This document shows positions 49,170 to 60,615 of a DNA stretch of 64,000 nucleotides, one piece after another; position 1 is the first letter of the stretch, and the number at the start of each line of letters is the position of its first letter. This stretch comes from Betaproteobacteria bacterium. Its GTDB lineage: Bacteria > Pseudomonadota > Gammaproteobacteria > Burkholderiales > JACQAP01. The position numbers were made by a program, and so were the translations under genes. The notes beneath the pieces were generated by a model. That model was not told where the DNA came from and searched no databases. It worked only from the letters and a program-made list of their open reading frames with translations. The stretch is taken from contig JANLTJ010000232.1 in NCBI GenBank assembly GCA_031362885.1, positions 6,838 through 70,837 of the forward strand. Direction: 5' to 3'.

Positions 49170-50321
49170 ATGTTCGAAATCATGGATACACAACCTCAGG
49201 AAGCAGTGATCAAGGTCGTTGGAGTTGGCGGCTGCGGTGGCAATGCCGTCGATCATATGATCAACGAAGGTGTCGAGGGAGTGGAGTTCATTTGCGCCAA
49301 CACGGACTCACAGGCACTCAAGCGCAACAAGGCGAAAACACTGTTGCAGCTCGGGCCCAACGTGACCAAGGGGCTGGGGGCCGGCGCAAATCCGGATATC
49401 GGGCGGGACGCCGCGATCGAAGACCGCGAGCGCATTATCGAGTTGATCGAAGGCGCGGACATGCTGTTTCTGACGGCGGGCATGGGAGGAGGCACCGGTA
49501 CGGGGGCTGCACCCATCGTCGCGGAAGCCGCACGTGAACTTGGCATTCTTACCGTTGCCGTGGTGACCAAACCTTTTGCCTTCGAGGGCAAGCGCCAGAA
49601 AATCGCGCAACAGGGTCTTGATGAACTTTGCCGGCATGTCGATTCATTGATCGTGATTCCGAATGACAAGCTGATGCAGGTTCTTGGCGAGGACGTCAGC
49701 ATGCTGGACGCGTTCAAAGCGGCGAACACGGTATTGCACGGTGCCGTGGCTGGAATCGCCGAGGTTATCAAGTGCCCGGGTCTGGTCAACGTGGATTTCG
49801 CCGACGTGCGCACAGTGATGTCCGAGATGGGCATGGCGATGATGGGGTCGGCGGTGGCCGCGGGACTGGATCGGGCGCATTCCGCGGCCGAGCAGGCCGT
49901 GGCCAGCCCGCTTCTGGAAGACGTCAATCTTGCGGGAGCCCGTGGTGTACTGGTGAATATCACCGCAAGCTCCAGTCTCAAGATGAAGGAAGTGCACGTC
50001 GTCATGAATACCATCAAGGGCTTCACGGCGGAAGACGCGACCGTAATAGTCGGTACCGTGATCGATGAGGCAATGGAAGATCGCCTGCGCGTAACCATGG
50101 TTGCAACTGGCCTCGGTGGTGCGTCAATTCACCATCAGCAAAAGCCCCTGACAATGGTGAAAACCGGTACCGATGCAATGCCGCTAATCGCGAATTTCGG
50201 GAATCTCGAAACGCCGGCCGTCATACGTCGCCGTTCACGCGATGCCGCTGTTGAAGCGATGAAGTTATCCGGAGTTGAGATGCTCGACATCCCCGCATTC
50301 CTGCGCAAGCAGGCGGACTGA
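49170..50321 (+). CDS. ftsZ: Cell division protein FtsZ
   Basis: GGGTGTG, NVDFAD, DIPAFLRKQAD. Confidence 0.98.
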   Translation: MFEIMDTQPQEAVIKVVGVGGCGGNAVDHMINEGVEGVEFICANTDSQALKRNKAKTLLQLGPNVTKGLGAGANPDIGRDAAIEDRERIIELIEGADMLFLTAGMGGGTGTGAAPIVAEAARELGILTVAVVTKPFAFEGKRQKIAQQGLDELCRHVDSLIVIPNDKLMQVLGEDVSMLDAFKAANTVLHGAVAGIAEVIKCPGLVNVDFADVRTVMSEMGMAMMGSAVAAGLDRAHSAAEQAVASPLLEDVNLAGARGVLVNITASSSLKMKEVHVVMNTIKGFTAEDATVIVGTVIDEAMEDRLRVTMVATGLGGASIHHQQKPLTMVKTGTDAMPLIANFGNLETPAVIRRRSRDAAVEAMKLSGVEMLDIPAFLRKQAD

Positions 50322-50466
50322 ATGGAGGTCGGCAGATTTCCCTTGCTGCGTCGCGACAAATAGTTTGCGCTGGCGCAGCAAGCTGCCCCTATGGTAGTCT
50401 AATCAACTATTTATCATAATAATCGGTATCTCAATCTGGCTCCTCCTGCTGCCTGAGGACTTCACG

Positions 50467-51378
50467 ATGATCAAACAACGCACGCTGAAAAACATTGTTC
50501 GCGCCACTGGAGTTGGCTTGCATACCGGAGAGAAGGTCTATCTGACGTTGCGTCCGGCCATGGCGAACAGCGGCATTATTTTCCGGCGCGTGGACTTGAA
50601 TCCAGTGGTGGATATCAAGGCGGATCCCTACGCTGTCAGCGATACCAGATTGTCATCCTGTCTTGAAAAGGATGGCGCTCGGGTGCAGACGGTGGAGCAT
50701 TTGATGTCGGCGCTGGCCGGACTGGGCATCGACAATGTGTATGTTGAATTGACATCGGGCGAGATGCCCATTATGGACGGCTCGGCGTCCCCTTTCGTGT
50801 TCCTGCTGCAATCGGCCGGCATTGAAGAGCAATCTGCGGCCAAGAAATTTATCCGCATCAAAAAACCGGTGGAGGTTAGGCACGGAGACAAGTGGGTCAA
50901 GTTCGAACCCTACAACGGATTTCGCGTGGACTTCAGCATTGATTTCCGGCATCCGGTTTTCGCTCATTCCAACAAGCGCGTAGTCGTCGATTTCGAGCAT
51001 ACCTCCTATGTGAAAGAGGTGAGCCGGGCCAGAACGTTTGGATTTATGCAGGATGTGGAGAGCATGCGCTCCCAAGGACTGGCACTCGGCGGAAGCCTCG
51101 ATAACGCGATCGTCATGGACGAGTTTCGCGTGCTAAACGCGGACGGATTGCGCTATGAAGACGAATTTGTGAAACACAAGGCGCTTGATGCAATCGGAGA
51201 TCTGTATCTGCTCGGGCATCCGGTCATAGGGGCTTATTCGGCATACAAGTCGGGTCATGCCCTTAACAATGAACTATTGCGCAAATTGTTGGAAGATGCT
51301 TCTTCTTGGGAATCCGTAACTTTCCTAAAGCCGGAGGAGGCACCCCCTTTCCTCAGGCTGCAAATGCAGACGGTCTGA
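50467..51378 (+). CDS. lpxC: UDP-3-O-acyl-GlcNAc deacetylase
   Basis: [28 protein letters not shown]. Confidence 0.97.
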   Translation: MIKQRTLKNIVRATGVGLHTGEKVYLTLRPAMANSGIIFRRVDLNPVVDIKADPYAVSDTRLSSCLEKDGARVQTVEHLMSALAGLGIDNVYVELTSGEMPIMDGSASPFVFLLQSAGIEEQSAAKKFIRIKKPVEVRHGDKWVKFEPYNGFRVDFSIDFRHPVFAHSNKRVVVDFEHTSYVKEVSRARTFGFMQDVESMRSQGLALGGSLDNAIVMDEFRVLNADGLRYEDEFVKHKALDAIGDLYLLGHPVIGAYSAYKSGHALNNELLRKLLEDASSWESVTFLKPEEAPPFLRLQMQTV

Positions 51379-51423
51379 GGCACTGTACGAACCAGTCCCG
51401 GCGATTCCCTCGCCTCATTCTAA

Positions 51424-51609
51424 ATGCTTATTCTGCGTCTTATCGGTGCTTTGCTCATTCTTGGAATTGGTGCATCGGCATTGCTATACTTTACTACCGG
51501 TAGCCGGAAGTGGCTGCACCTTGGTTGGAAGATTCTCGCATTAGGCCTAATTATCTTATTGATAATATTGGTTCTTTATGTTTTTGAGCGCCTCGCAATC
51601 GCCCTGTAG
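51424..51609 (+). CDS. Small two-TM membrane protein
   Basis: 61-aa ORF with two hydrophobic helices, ending VFERL; fills the lpxC-dciA gap. Confidence 0.6.
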   Translation: MLILRLIGALLILGIGASALLYFTTGSRKWLHLGWKILALGLIILLIILVLYVFERLAIAL

Positions 51610-51618
51610 GCTTTCAGA

Positions 51619-52035
51619 TCAACTACCAATACGCCTGAGGGCCGACTTAAGCGGAGAGGCATCCAGCCGATCCACAAGTGCGTCAAGCGCTGCGCGCGCT
51701 TCGACGCCAAGGGAAATGTGTTTTTGCGGCAATGGGTTATCACGGACTCTTGCTTGCACTTTTAGGTGAATTCCCGTAATCTCACATCCCCGCGCTTGGA
51801 AAGCAGCCACTATGCGCGGAGCCATGTGCCTCAGTTTTGCAGCGGTTGCACCGTTATCTGAAAAGAGAAGAAGCTCGCCAGACTTCAGCGCAGCAACGGT
51901 TGCCGAGTTGGCCAGATTGCCTGGGAGGACTTCCTCGAGCATGCGCTGTAGCCCCATGAGTTGCCGAATCTCATGGTTCAGGTGCCGAAACTCGGGAAGC
52001 GTATTGATCAACAGGCCGACGCGTTTTTCGGACAT
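51619..52035 (-). CDS. dciA: DciA/DUF721 family protein
   Basis: NGATAAKLRH motif and SPLKSAL tail; conserved position between lpxC and the M23 gene. Confidence 0.8.
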   Translation of the reverse strand: MSEKRVGLLINTLPEFRHLNHEIRQLMGLQRMLEEVLPGNLANSATVAALKSGELLLFSDNGATAAKLRHMAPRIVAAFQARGCEITGIHLKVQARVRDNPLPQKHISLGVEARAALDALVDRLDASPLKSALRRIGS

Positions 52036-52072
52036 GGGCTGGTCAAGTTAAAGGGCTAAGTTAGGGGATGTG

Positions 52073-52990
52073 ATGAATATAATTCTGGTGTCCAATAAAT
52101 TTTCACATGCGCGCAGCTTTACGCTCAGCACGCCGCAAGTGGCATTTCTCGGTTTGCTTACGTGTCTCATGATTGTATCGCTTGCCGTGATGCTCAACTA
52201 CTTCTCGTTGCGCCACGCGGTGAGCAACAACAGCCCCTACCTACAATCACTGTTGGAGGCCGTGCAGGCCGAGCAAACGCGCAAAACGCAGTCATATCTG
52301 CGCGAAAGCCTGGATACCATGGCGGCCAGACTTGGCGAGATGCAGGCCAAGCTGTTGCGTCTGGACACGCTTGGCGAGCGCTTGACGAAACTCGCGGGTA
52401 TCAAGCCTCAAGAGTTCATGTTCGATCAGTCTCCAGGGCAAGGTGGTGCGGTATCTTCGATACCGCCCAAGGAATTTTCTCTGATCGAGCTTGACGACAA
52501 GGTGCAGCATCTTGCCGTCCAAGTCGACGATCGCAGCGATAAACTTGGCGTTCTCGAATCAAGGCTGACCCTGTCCCACGCAAAGAAGCAATTGCTACCA
52601 ACGCAATCACCCCTGTCTGCGCAATGGTTCTCATCCAATTTTGGATGGCGCATTGACCCGTTTACCGGATGGAACGCGTTCCATGAAGGAATGGACTTCA
52701 TGGCCAAACATGGCGTTGCAATCACGGCTGCCGCAGGAGGCGTGGTGGTCTACTCTGAATTTCACCCTCAGTATGGTAATATGATTGAGGTCGATCACGG
52801 GAATGGGTTGGTTACACGCTACGCCCATGCATCGAGACTAGTGGCCAAACTTGGGGATGTGGTACTTCGTGGTCAAAAGATTGCCGAGGTTGGCAGTACA
52901 GGACGTTCCACCGGTACACACCTGCACTTTGAAGTGCGTCAATCAGGCGTCCCGCAAAATCCTGCCCGCTTTCTCGAGGTGCCGGGCTGA
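52073..52990 (+). CDS. M23-family metallopeptidase
   Basis: HEGMD, YGN, YAH, HLHFEV; TM plus coiled coil. Confidence 0.93.
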   Translation: MNIILVSNKFSHARSFTLSTPQVAFLGLLTCLMIVSLAVMLNYFSLRHAVSNNSPYLQSLLEAVQAEQTRKTQSYLRESLDTMAARLGEMQAKLLRLDTLGERLTKLAGIKPQEFMFDQSPGQGGAVSSIPPKEFSLIELDDKVQHLAVQVDDRSDKLGVLESRLTLSHAKKQLLPTQSPLSAQWFSSNFGWRIDPFTGWNAFHEGMDFMAKHGVAITAAAGGVVVYSEFHPQYGNMIEVDHGNGLVTRYAHASRLVAKLGDVVLRGQKIAEVGSTGRSTGTHLHFEVRQSGVPQNPARFLEVPG

Positions 52991-53017
52991 ACTTAAGATT
53001 TAACGGCAATCCAATAG

Positions 53018-53053
53018 AGGGGTGGGGGCAGACGTCCCCACCCCTTTTATTTT
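53018..53053 (+). terminator. Terminator-like hairpin between the M23 gene and secA
   Basis: AGGGGTGGGG/CCCCACCCCT stem followed by TTTATTTT. Confidence 0.65.
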
Positions 53054-53070
53054 GAGGAAAATTCAGCGTA

Positions 53071-55788
53071 ATGATCAACAGTGTTCTAAAGAAAATATTT
53101 GGCAGCCGCAACGATCGTCTGTTGCGAAAGTATTCGAAAACAGTTCATGCCATCAACGCGCTCGAATCGAAAATGCAGGTCCTGAGCGACGCTGATCTGC
53201 GTGCACGTACGGATGATTTCAGGCAGCGAGCACGAAACGGACAGGCGCTCGACGAGCTGCTGGTCGAATCATTTGCAGCGGTAAGGGAAGCGAGCCGGCG
53301 AGTTCTGAACATGCGTCATTTCGATGAACAACTGCTGGGTGGAATTGCACTTCACAAAGGCAAGATCGCGGAGATGCGCACGGGAGAAGGCAAGACCCTG
53401 GTTGCCACATTGCCGGCCTACCTGAATACGCTGGCCGGGGAGGGCGTACATGTCGTCACGGTCAACGATTATCTGGCAAGTCGCGATGCAGAATGGATGG
53501 GACGGTTGTATCGTTTTCTGGGATTGTCTGTTGGCGTAAACCTCTCGCAAATGGAGCATGAGCAGAAGCAGCAAGCCTATGCGGCTGACATCACGTACGG
53601 GACCAACAGCGAGTTTGGCTTTGACTATCTGCGCGACAACATGGTTTTTCAGGGGTCCGAGCGCGTGCAGCGTGGCCTTGCCTATGCAGTCGTCGACGAG
53701 GTGGACTCCATACTGATCGATGAGGCGAGAACGCCGCTGATTATTTCCGGACAAGCCGAGGACAGCACGGAACTGTACGTACGCATGAATGAAATCGTTC
53801 CGAGCCTGACGCGTGTCAAGGAGGAAAACGGTCCGGGCGATTTTACCGTGGACGAAAAAGCGCACCAAGTATTACTTACAGAGGCCGGTCACGAGCGCGC
53901 GGAAGAATTGATGACGCGCGCGGGATTGCTGCCCGAAAACGGCAGTCTTTACGATGCCGCCAACATCAATCTCATGCACCATCTGTATGCGGCGTTGCGC
54001 GCGCATTCTTTGTTCCATCTCGACCAGCACTATGTGGCGCAGAATGACGAAATCGTCATTGTGGACGAGTTCACCGGGCGCATGACCCCTGGGCGTCGCT
54101 GGTCGGATGGATTGCACCAGGCAATCGAGGCCAAGGAAGGCGTGCGCATACGCCGTGAAAACCAGACGCTGGCCTCGATTACCTACCAGAATTATTTCCG
54201 CATGTATCGCAAATTGGCGGGCATGACCGGAACGGCGGATACCGAAGCCTACGAGTTTCAGCAGATTTACGGGTTGGAGACCGTGATCATGCCCACCCAC
54301 ATGCCGATGATTCGGGAGGATCGCCTCGATCAGGTCTATCGCACCGCAAAGGAAAAATATGTTGCGGTGATAAACGACATCAGCCAATGCCACCAAAGTG
54401 GCCAGCCGGTTTTGGTTGGGACGACTTCGATTGAAAACTCTGAACTGCTGGCCAAGTTGCTCGAAAAGGAAAAACTGCCACATCAGGTGCTCAACGCGAA
54501 GCAGCACGCAAGCGAGGCGCAGATCATTGCCCAGGCGGGCCGACCCAAGATGATCACCATTGCGACGAACATGGCGGGCCGGGGTACCGACATCGTCCTG
54601 GGTGGAAACCCGGAACCGGAGATCGAAAGAGTGCGCAATGATCCGGAGCTTTCCGAAGCCGAGAAGGGGATCAATGAAGCCAATATGCGCACTGAGTGGA
54701 AGCACCTGCACGAGCGGGTCATCTCGGCAGGGGGACTGCATATCGTCGGCACGGAGCGGCACGAATCGCGGCGGGTCGATAACCAGTTGCGCGGCCGATC
54801 CGGACGTCAAGGGGACCCGGGATCGAGTCGTTTCTATCTTTCTCTGGAAGACCCGCTGCTGCGTATTTTCGCTTCGGATCGGGTGGCTGCAATCATGGAT
54901 CGCCTCAAGATGCCCGAGGGCGAAGCCATCGAGCACCCTTGGGTAACGCGGGCTATCGAAAACGCGCAGCGCAAGGTGGAAGCCCGCAACTTCGATATTC
55001 GCAAGCAATTGCTTGAGTATGACGACGTGTCCAACGATCAACGCAAAGTCATCTATCAGCAACGAAACGAGTTGCTCGAAGCAACGGACATATCCGATAC
55101 GGTCCGCTCCATGCGCGAAGGCGCCATCGCAGCGGTGATTTCGCAACATGTTCCACCGGGCAGTGTTGAAGAGCAATGGGACGTGCCTGGTCTGGAAAAG
55201 ACTCTAGCGGGTGAATTCGGCCTGCGAGTGCCGATTCAGGAGTGGCTCAAACAGGATGACACTTTGGATGAAGAGCATCTGCGCGCGCGCATCATTGCGG
55301 CCGCCGATGAGCACTACGAAACAAAGTTTTCCAGTGTCGATGCGCCAAAGGTGCGCAGCTACGAACGGGCGATCATGCTGAACTTCCTGGATAGCCACTG
55401 GCGTGAGCACTTGGCGGCGCTCGATCACCTGCGCCAGGGCATTCATTTGCGGGGCTACGCACAAAAGAATCCCAAGCAAGAGTACAAGCGCGAGGCTTTT
55501 GAGTTGTTTTCCTTGATGCTTGATACCGTGCGAACGGAAGTAACCCAGCAATTGATGATCGTGCAGATTCTGTCGGCGGATGAAGCGGCATCTGCCGAGA
55601 AGCAAGAGCAGGCGAAATTGAGCAACGTGCAGTATCATTTGAACACCGATCATGACGAAGCATTGGAGCGTGCTAACGCAGACGCAAAGGCGCAACCGAT
55701 TATTCGCGGCAACAAGGTTGGGCGAAACGATCCTTGCCCTTGCGGTTCCGGGAAGAAGTACAAGCAGTGTCACGGTAAACTCGCCTGA
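53071..55788 (+). CDS. secA: Preprotein translocase ATPase SecA
   Basis: [41 protein letters not shown]. Confidence 0.98.
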   Translation: MINSVLKKIFGSRNDRLLRKYSKTVHAINALESKMQVLSDADLRARTDDFRQRARNGQALDELLVESFAAVREASRRVLNMRHFDEQLLGGIALHKGKIAEMRTGEGKTLVATLPAYLNTLAGEGVHVVTVNDYLASRDAEWMGRLYRFLGLSVGVNLSQMEHEQKQQAYAADITYGTNSEFGFDYLRDNMVFQGSERVQRGLAYAVVDEVDSILIDEARTPLIISGQAEDSTELYVRMNEIVPSLTRVKEENGPGDFTVDEKAHQVLLTEAGHERAEELMTRAGLLPENGSLYDAANINLMHHLYAALRAHSLFHLDQHYVAQNDEIVIVDEFTGRMTPGRRWSDGLHQAIEAKEGVRIRRENQTLASITYQNYFRMYRKLAGMTGTADTEAYEFQQIYGLETVIMPTHMPMIREDRLDQVYRTAKEKYVAVINDISQCHQSGQPVLVGTTSIENSELLAKLLEKEKLPHQVLNAKQHASEAQIIAQAGRPKMITIATNMAGRGTDIVLGGNPEPEIERVRNDPELSEAEKGINEANMRTEWKHLHERVISAGGLHIVGTERHESRRVDNQLRGRSGRQGDPGSSRFYLSLEDPLLRIFASDRVAAIMDRLKMPEGEAIEHPWVTRAIENAQRKVEARNFDIRKQLLEYDDVSNDQRKVIYQQRNELLEATDISDTVRSMREGAIAAVISQHVPPGSVEEQWDVPGLEKTLAGEFGLRVPIQEWLKQDDTLDEEHLRARIIAAADEHYETKFSSVDAPKVRSYERAIMLNFLDSHWREHLAALDHLRQGIHLRGYAQKNPKQEYKREAFELFSLMLDTVRTEVTQQLMIVQILSADEAASAEKQEQAKLSNVQYHLNTDHDEALERANADAKAQPIIRGNKVGRNDPCPCGSGKKYKQCHGKLA

Positions 55789-55848
55789 TCGTGATCTGAA
55801 AGTGACGAACAGCGGTTGTCCGACGAAAATCCTGGTGCAGATCTTGCC

Positions 55849-57078
55849 ATGGCGGTAAACCTTACAGCCCCGACTCCCTCCGCGCTGCTGGCGGTCAAGG
55901 GCGTTCGACTCGGAACTGCCGAAGCCGGTGTTCGAAAACCAAATCGCAAGGACTTATTGCTGATGACCTTTGCCGCCGGTACCCGCGTTGCCGGCGTTTT
56001 TACCCGCAACCGTTTTTGTGCGGCCCCCGTTATTGTCGCAAGAGAGAATTTGCTGAACACACATGACATTCGCGCTCTGATCGTCAATACCGGGTGTGCA
56101 AATGCCGGCACAGGCGACGAGGGCATCGCAAGGGCCAGGCAAACGTGCATCGAAGCAGCGAAGTTGCTCAATTGCGATTCAAACCAGGTGTTGCCCTTTT
56201 CGACAGGCGTCATCATGGAGGCGCTGCCGGTTGATCGGATCGTCGCCGGCTTGCCGCATTGTGTTGGACGATTAGGGGAAGGCAACTGGGGCGATGCGGC
56301 CACTGCCATCATGACTACCGATACCGTAGCCAAGGCTTGCTCCCGGCGCGTAGAGATCGGTGGCCAGCCAATAACGGTGACCGGGATTGCGAAGGGTTCA
56401 GGAATGATTCATCCCGACATGGCCACCATGCTCGGCTTCATCGCCACCGACGCCTGCGTGGATCGGAAGCTATTGCAGCGCGCGATCACTCATGCGACCG
56501 AGCGGAGTTTCAATTGTGTGACCGTGGATGGGGACACGTCCACGAACGATTCGCTGATTCTGGCCGCAACCGGTCTAAGCGGCGCACCGGAAATAACGCG
56601 ATCCGACTCGGTTGAGTTCATGCTCTTCCTCGACACCGTCACCGAGGTGGCAACAGTGCTGGCGCAAGCTTTGGTCCGCGATGGGGAAGGAGCAACGAAG
56701 TTCATAACCATCCGCATCGAAGGCGGAGGCAATAACAGCGAGTGTCGGAAAGTCGGCTACGCGATTGCTCATTCGCCGCTGGTGAAAACCGCATTCTTTG
56801 CCTCCGATCCAAATCTCGGACGCATTCTTGCTGCGATTGGTTACGCCGGTATTGATGACCTCGACGTCTCCAAAGTGGATCTCTATCTAGACGATGTAAT
56901 GGTGGCGAAATCCGGTGGCCGCGCTCCCGGCTATCGCGAGGACGACGGCAAACGCGTAATGATGCAGGAGGAGATCACGGTTCGGGTCGTATTGAATCGC
57001 GGTGCTTCATCCAGTACGGTATGGACCTGCGATCTTTCCCATGACTATGTCAGTATTAATGCCGACTATCGCAGTTGA
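55849..57078 (+). CDS. argJ: Bifunctional ornithine acetyltransferase/N-acetylglutamate synthase
   Basis: [42 protein letters not shown]. Confidence 0.96.
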   Translation: MAVNLTAPTPSALLAVKGVRLGTAEAGVRKPNRKDLLLMTFAAGTRVAGVFTRNRFCAAPVIVARENLLNTHDIRALIVNTGCANAGTGDEGIARARQTCIEAAKLLNCDSNQVLPFSTGVIMEALPVDRIVAGLPHCVGRLGEGNWGDAATAIMTTDTVAKACSRRVEIGGQPITVTGIAKGSGMIHPDMATMLGFIATDACVDRKLLQRAITHATERSFNCVTVDGDTSTNDSLILAATGLSGAPEITRSDSVEFMLFLDTVTEVATVLAQALVRDGEGATKFITIRIEGGGNNSECRKVGYAIAHSPLVKTAFFASDPNLGRILAAIGYAGIDDLDVSKVDLYLDDVMVAKSGGRAPGYREDDGKRVMMQEEITVRVVLNRGASSSTVWTCDLSHDYVSINADYRS

Positions 57079-57096
57079 GCACGAAGGTATTCGCGG

Positions 57097-57978
57097 GTGA
57101 GCCGCGACCTGGAACGTCTGCTGAACCGTGCCGAGCAGGTGCTCGAGCGCTTTGAGCAGACCCTGCCGCGGGCACAACCGGTGCCCGACTGGAAACGTGT
57201 CCGGGCCTACCGCTGGCGCAAGCGCGCGGGCACGGGCATGCTTCAGGAGGTGGCGCATCCGCACAAGATCCGGCTCGCCGATTTGCAGGGAATCGATGAT
57301 CAGAAGAAACTGATCGAGCAGAACACGCGCCAGTTCATGGACGGGCTTACTGCCAACAATGTCCTGCTGACCGGTGCGCGCGGTACCGGAAAGTCATCTC
57401 TGGTCAAAGCACTCTTGAACAAGTTTTCGTCCAAGGGCTTGCGTCTGATCGAGGTGGACAAACAAGATTTGACCGATCTGCCGGACATTGTCGATCTGAT
57501 CGCGGATGTCCCGCACAAATTTATTTTGTTTTGTGATGACCTGTCCTTTGATGCCGATGAACCCGGATATAAAGCATTGAAGGTGATTCTGGACGGCTCA
57601 ATTTCCGCGACCTCGGACAATCTGCTGATCTATGCGACCTCGAACCGGCGCCACCTGATGCCGGAATTCATGCAGGAGAATTTGGAGACCAAGTATTCCG
57701 GCGAGGAAATTCATCCCGGGGAAACCGTGGAAGAAAAAATTTCCCTGTCGGAACGCTTTGGTCTGTGGGTATCCTTCTACCCCTTCGATCAGGAAGAATA
57801 TTTGGCTATCGTCGATTACTGGCTTGGCGAATTGGGTGTTCCCGAGCGTGCCCGGGGTGCCAAAGTTCGTAACGAAGCATTGCAATGGGCGCTCACACGC
57901 GGCTCACGCAGCGGCAGGGTGGCCTGGCACTTTGCGCGCGATTGGGCGGGCCGCCATGGACCCACGACAAGTGCCTAG
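57097..57978 (+). CDS. AAA+ ATPase (DUF815 family)
   Basis: GARGTGKS, FCDDLSF, ATSNRRHL, SLSERFG, SRSGR. Confidence 0.9.
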   Translation: MSRDLERLLNRAEQVLERFEQTLPRAQPVPDWKRVRAYRWRKRAGTGMLQEVAHPHKIRLADLQGIDDQKKLIEQNTRQFMDGLTANNVLLTGARGTGKSSLVKALLNKFSSKGLRLIEVDKQDLTDLPDIVDLIADVPHKFILFCDDLSFDADEPGYKALKVILDGSISATSDNLLIYATSNRRHLMPEFMQENLETKYSGEEIHPGETVEEKISLSERFGLWVSFYPFDQEEYLAIVDYWLGELGVPERARGAKVRNEALQWALTRGSRSGRVAWHFARDWAGRHGPTTSA

Positions 57979-58011
57979 TGCAAACCAGTTTGTCTGGTGC
58001 GCGTCTATTCC

Positions 58012-58947
58012 ATGACGCAGTCCGTGGTGGATGTTGCCGCCGCTGTTATCGAGCGTTCCGACGGCAGTTTCCTGCTGGCACAGCGCCCGTCCGGAAAAGT
58101 CTATGAAGGGTACTGGGAATTCCCCGGAGGCAAGGTGGAAGCCGGTGAGCCGGTCGCCAGGGCGCTCGCCCGGGAATTGCATGAAGAACTCGGTATTGAC
58201 GTCGAACTGGCTTATCCCTGGATCACACGCGTCTATTCCTATCCTCATGCAACGGTGCGCTTGCATTTTCATCGGGTAGTGCGCTGGCGCGGGGATCCAT
58301 CCCCCCTTGAGAGACAAGCCCTCGCTTGGCAGCGCTGCGACGAATCCATCCTTTCGCCGATGCTCCCGGCCAACGCGCCGATTCTAAAAGCCCTGTCCTT
58401 GCCGACATGGCTGGGCATTACCCATGCTTGGGAATTGGGCATCAGTGCCGCATTGATGCAGCTTCGCTCGGCGCTGGAGCGGGGATTGCGATTGGTGCAA
58501 GTCAGGGAGAAGGGCCTGGATACCACTTCTCGCAGGAGCTTTGCGCAGCAAGTTGCCGGCGAGGTGCGCGCTGCCGGCGGCAGGGTTGCAATCAACGGCG
58601 ATCTTCAACTTGCGTCAATGCTTGGCGCCGGACTGCACATGCCCGCCCATGACTTGATGAGCGCAAGATATCGCCCGGACATCGAGTGGTGCAGTGCTTC
58701 GTGCCACGATGATGCGCAACTCAAACGGGCCGCAGAGTTGGGTCTGGATTACGTGCTGTTGGGGCCGGTCCTGTCCACGCCGAGCCATCCCGGTTTGACG
58801 CCAATCGGGTGGAAAAAATTTGCCGATCTGATCCACGACTATCCGCTGCCGGTGTTTGCGCTTGGGGGCATGCGTGCGGCAAATCTCGATGTGGCGCGCC
58901 AATACGGCGCTCATGGCGTCGCAATGGTGCGGGGTGCCTGGAAATGA
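58012..58947 (+). CDS. mutT: Nudix (MutT-like) hydrolase fused to a thiamine-phosphate-synthase-like domain
   Basis: WEFPGGKVE...RELHEELG Nudix box; QVREK, SCH, GPV..TPSH, ALGG. Confidence 0.88.
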   Translation: MTQSVVDVAAAVIERSDGSFLLAQRPSGKVYEGYWEFPGGKVEAGEPVARALARELHEELGIDVELAYPWITRVYSYPHATVRLHFHRVVRWRGDPSPLERQALAWQRCDESILSPMLPANAPILKALSLPTWLGITHAWELGISAALMQLRSALERGLRLVQVREKGLDTTSRRSFAQQVAGEVRAAGGRVAINGDLQLASMLGAGLHMPAHDLMSARYRPDIEWCSASCHDDAQLKRAAELGLDYVLLGPVLSTPSHPGLTPIGWKKFADLIHDYPLPVFALGGMRAANLDVARQYGAHGVAMVRGAWK

Positions 58948-58954
58948 GGCTAGC

Positions 58955-59155
58955 TTAAATTTCCTTGTCTTCGTCTGACCCGGAATTCGGTTCCTGCTCA
59001 TGAACGCGGTAGGCGCCGGTTGCCCACTGCCCGAGGTCGATGAGCTTGCAGCGTTTCGAACAAAATGGCCGATACGGGTTGTCCGTACTCCAGGGTATGG
59101 CGGCGTTACATTTCGGACAACGCGCGATGCGCGCCTGCTTGGGTCCGGCTGGCAT
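58955..59155 (-). CDS. yacG: DNA gyrase inhibitor YacG
   Basis: CPKC...[21 protein letters not shown] overlap with zapD. Confidence 0.93.
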   Translation of the reverse strand: MPAGPKQARIARCPKCNAAIPWSTDNPYRPFCSKRCKLIDLGQWATGAYRVHEQEPNSGSDEDKEI

Positions 59156-59907
59156 TACAGATTGCAGAACGTCAGCTCGAAATCGATATCGTCGACACTG
59201 GTGCGACGCTGGGTGCCAATGGCAGTGGTAAAGCGCACATTGAGCACGTATTTGTTGGCACTGATTTCGGGTACGCAATCGTACTTGCTGTCGAGTTTCA
59301 TGCGAAGCAATTGCGCCAGTCGTCCCGCCATGGTCTGTTGGTAAACTCCCTGATGCGCTATTCGGTTGGTAGTCTTGCCGCTTTCCCTGAGTAGTTTCAG
59401 AATAATCTGCACACCGCTGCGGATCGGCAGAAAAGGCGCCAGCCATTCGTTGATGTCGAGGCGGCGCGCCTCGGCGCTCTGGTTCAGCCAGAAGTGATAA
59501 GACGGCAAATCGAACTCGCAGACGCCGCCGGGAATTGCCGAACGTTGCTTGATCCCCATCAACCATTCGTTCTCGCGCAGTTCCTGGCCGGTTTTCCCCG
59601 ACGATAGAAACAGATCAGAGACTGCTTTTTCGATATCGGCCAGAACTGAATCGAGTGCGTCCTGGGAGATCGCCGGATTACCACGCAGGGCATCAAGGTG
59701 CTGTTTCTGCCGCTCAAGTTCCTGCATGACCTCCGATTTCAAATCCCCGCGGCCACCGACTTCCAGAATTTCAAACAATGTCGTTAGTGCCACGTGATGT
59801 TCTTCGGGGTCGCTTTTCATGGCGAAATACTGCGCGCGCTGGTACAAATCCTCCAGGCGCAGCAGGGTGCGAATCCTCTCGTTAAGCGGGAACTCGTAGC
59901 TGATCAC
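59155..59907 (-). CDS. zapD: Cell division protein ZapD
   Basis: [35 protein letters not shown]. Confidence 0.95.
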   Translation of the reverse strand: MISYEFPLNERIRTLLRLEDLYQRAQYFAMKSDPEEHHVALTTLFEILEVGGRGDLKSEVMQELERQKQHLDALRGNPAISQDALDSVLADIEKAVSDLFLSSGKTGQELRENEWLMGIKQRSAIPGGVCEFDLPSYHFWLNQSAEARRLDINEWLAPFLPIRSGVQIILKLLRESGKTTNRIAHQGVYQQTMAGRLAQLLRMKLDSKYDCVPEISANKYVLNVRFTTAIGTQRRTSVDDIDFELTFCNL

Positions 59908-60003
59908 GAAGCGGGCTCGGACACCAGAATTGGGGGAAGTATTGCCGAAATGGCGGGAAAAATAAAGACGCCGAACCTGGGCCACGCATCAGGGCAGGGC
60001 AGA

Positions 60004-60615
60004 TCAGCCATGTGCCGCCAGCTCGAGGTAGCGAGTATGCAGGGATGCGACCTTCAGACGCAGCGCGTCACGGTCGCCATCGTTGACAATAATGTCCTGG
60101 GCTCCGCGCAGGCGCCCCGATCTGGAAACCTGCGAGGCGATGATGGCGAGCACCTGCTCGCGGGATAGGCGGCTGCGGGCCATGACCCGGGATACCTGGG
60201 TTTCCGGGTCACAATCCACCACCAGGATACGGTCGATGTCAGGCCGGCTCGCGCCGGATTCGAACAGCAGCGGCACGACCAGTATCACGTACGCTGCTGT
60301 CGATTCCTGTATCTGCTTTGTGCTCTCGCGTCGAATCAGGGGATGCAGGATTGCCTCCAGGTCTTTTCGGGCCAACGGGTCAGCGAATACCAGATTACGC
60401 ACATGAGCCCGGTCCATGCTGCCGTCTTGAGCTACCGATTCAGGCCCGAATCGGCGGGCGATCTCTACCATCGCCGGCTGGGCAGATGCAGTGAGTTGGC
60501 GAGAAATTTCGTCCGTATCCACAATTCTGGTTCCAAGCGAGGCGAACAATTCCGTCACGGTCGTCTTGCCCGATCCGATTCCGCCTGTCAGGCCGACGGT
60601 AAACACCGTGCTCAA
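60004..60615 (-). CDS. coaE: Dephospho-CoA kinase
   Basis: VGLTGGIGSGKT, LEAILHPLI, VPLLFE. Confidence 0.95.
   Translation of the reverse strand: MSTVFTVGLTGGIGSGKTTVTELFASLGTRIVDTDEISRQLTASAQPAMVEIARRFGPESVAQDGSMDRAHVRNLVFADPLARKDLEAILHPLIRRESTKQIQESTAAYVILVVPLLFESGASRPDIDRILVVDCDPETQVSRVMARSRLSREQVLAIIASQVSRSGRLRGAQDIIVNDGDRDALRLKVASLHTRYLELAAHG

Noticed and set aside
58012..58947. MutT-ThiE-like fusion
   Set aside because: Well-known fusion at this locus in beta- and gammaproteobacteria.
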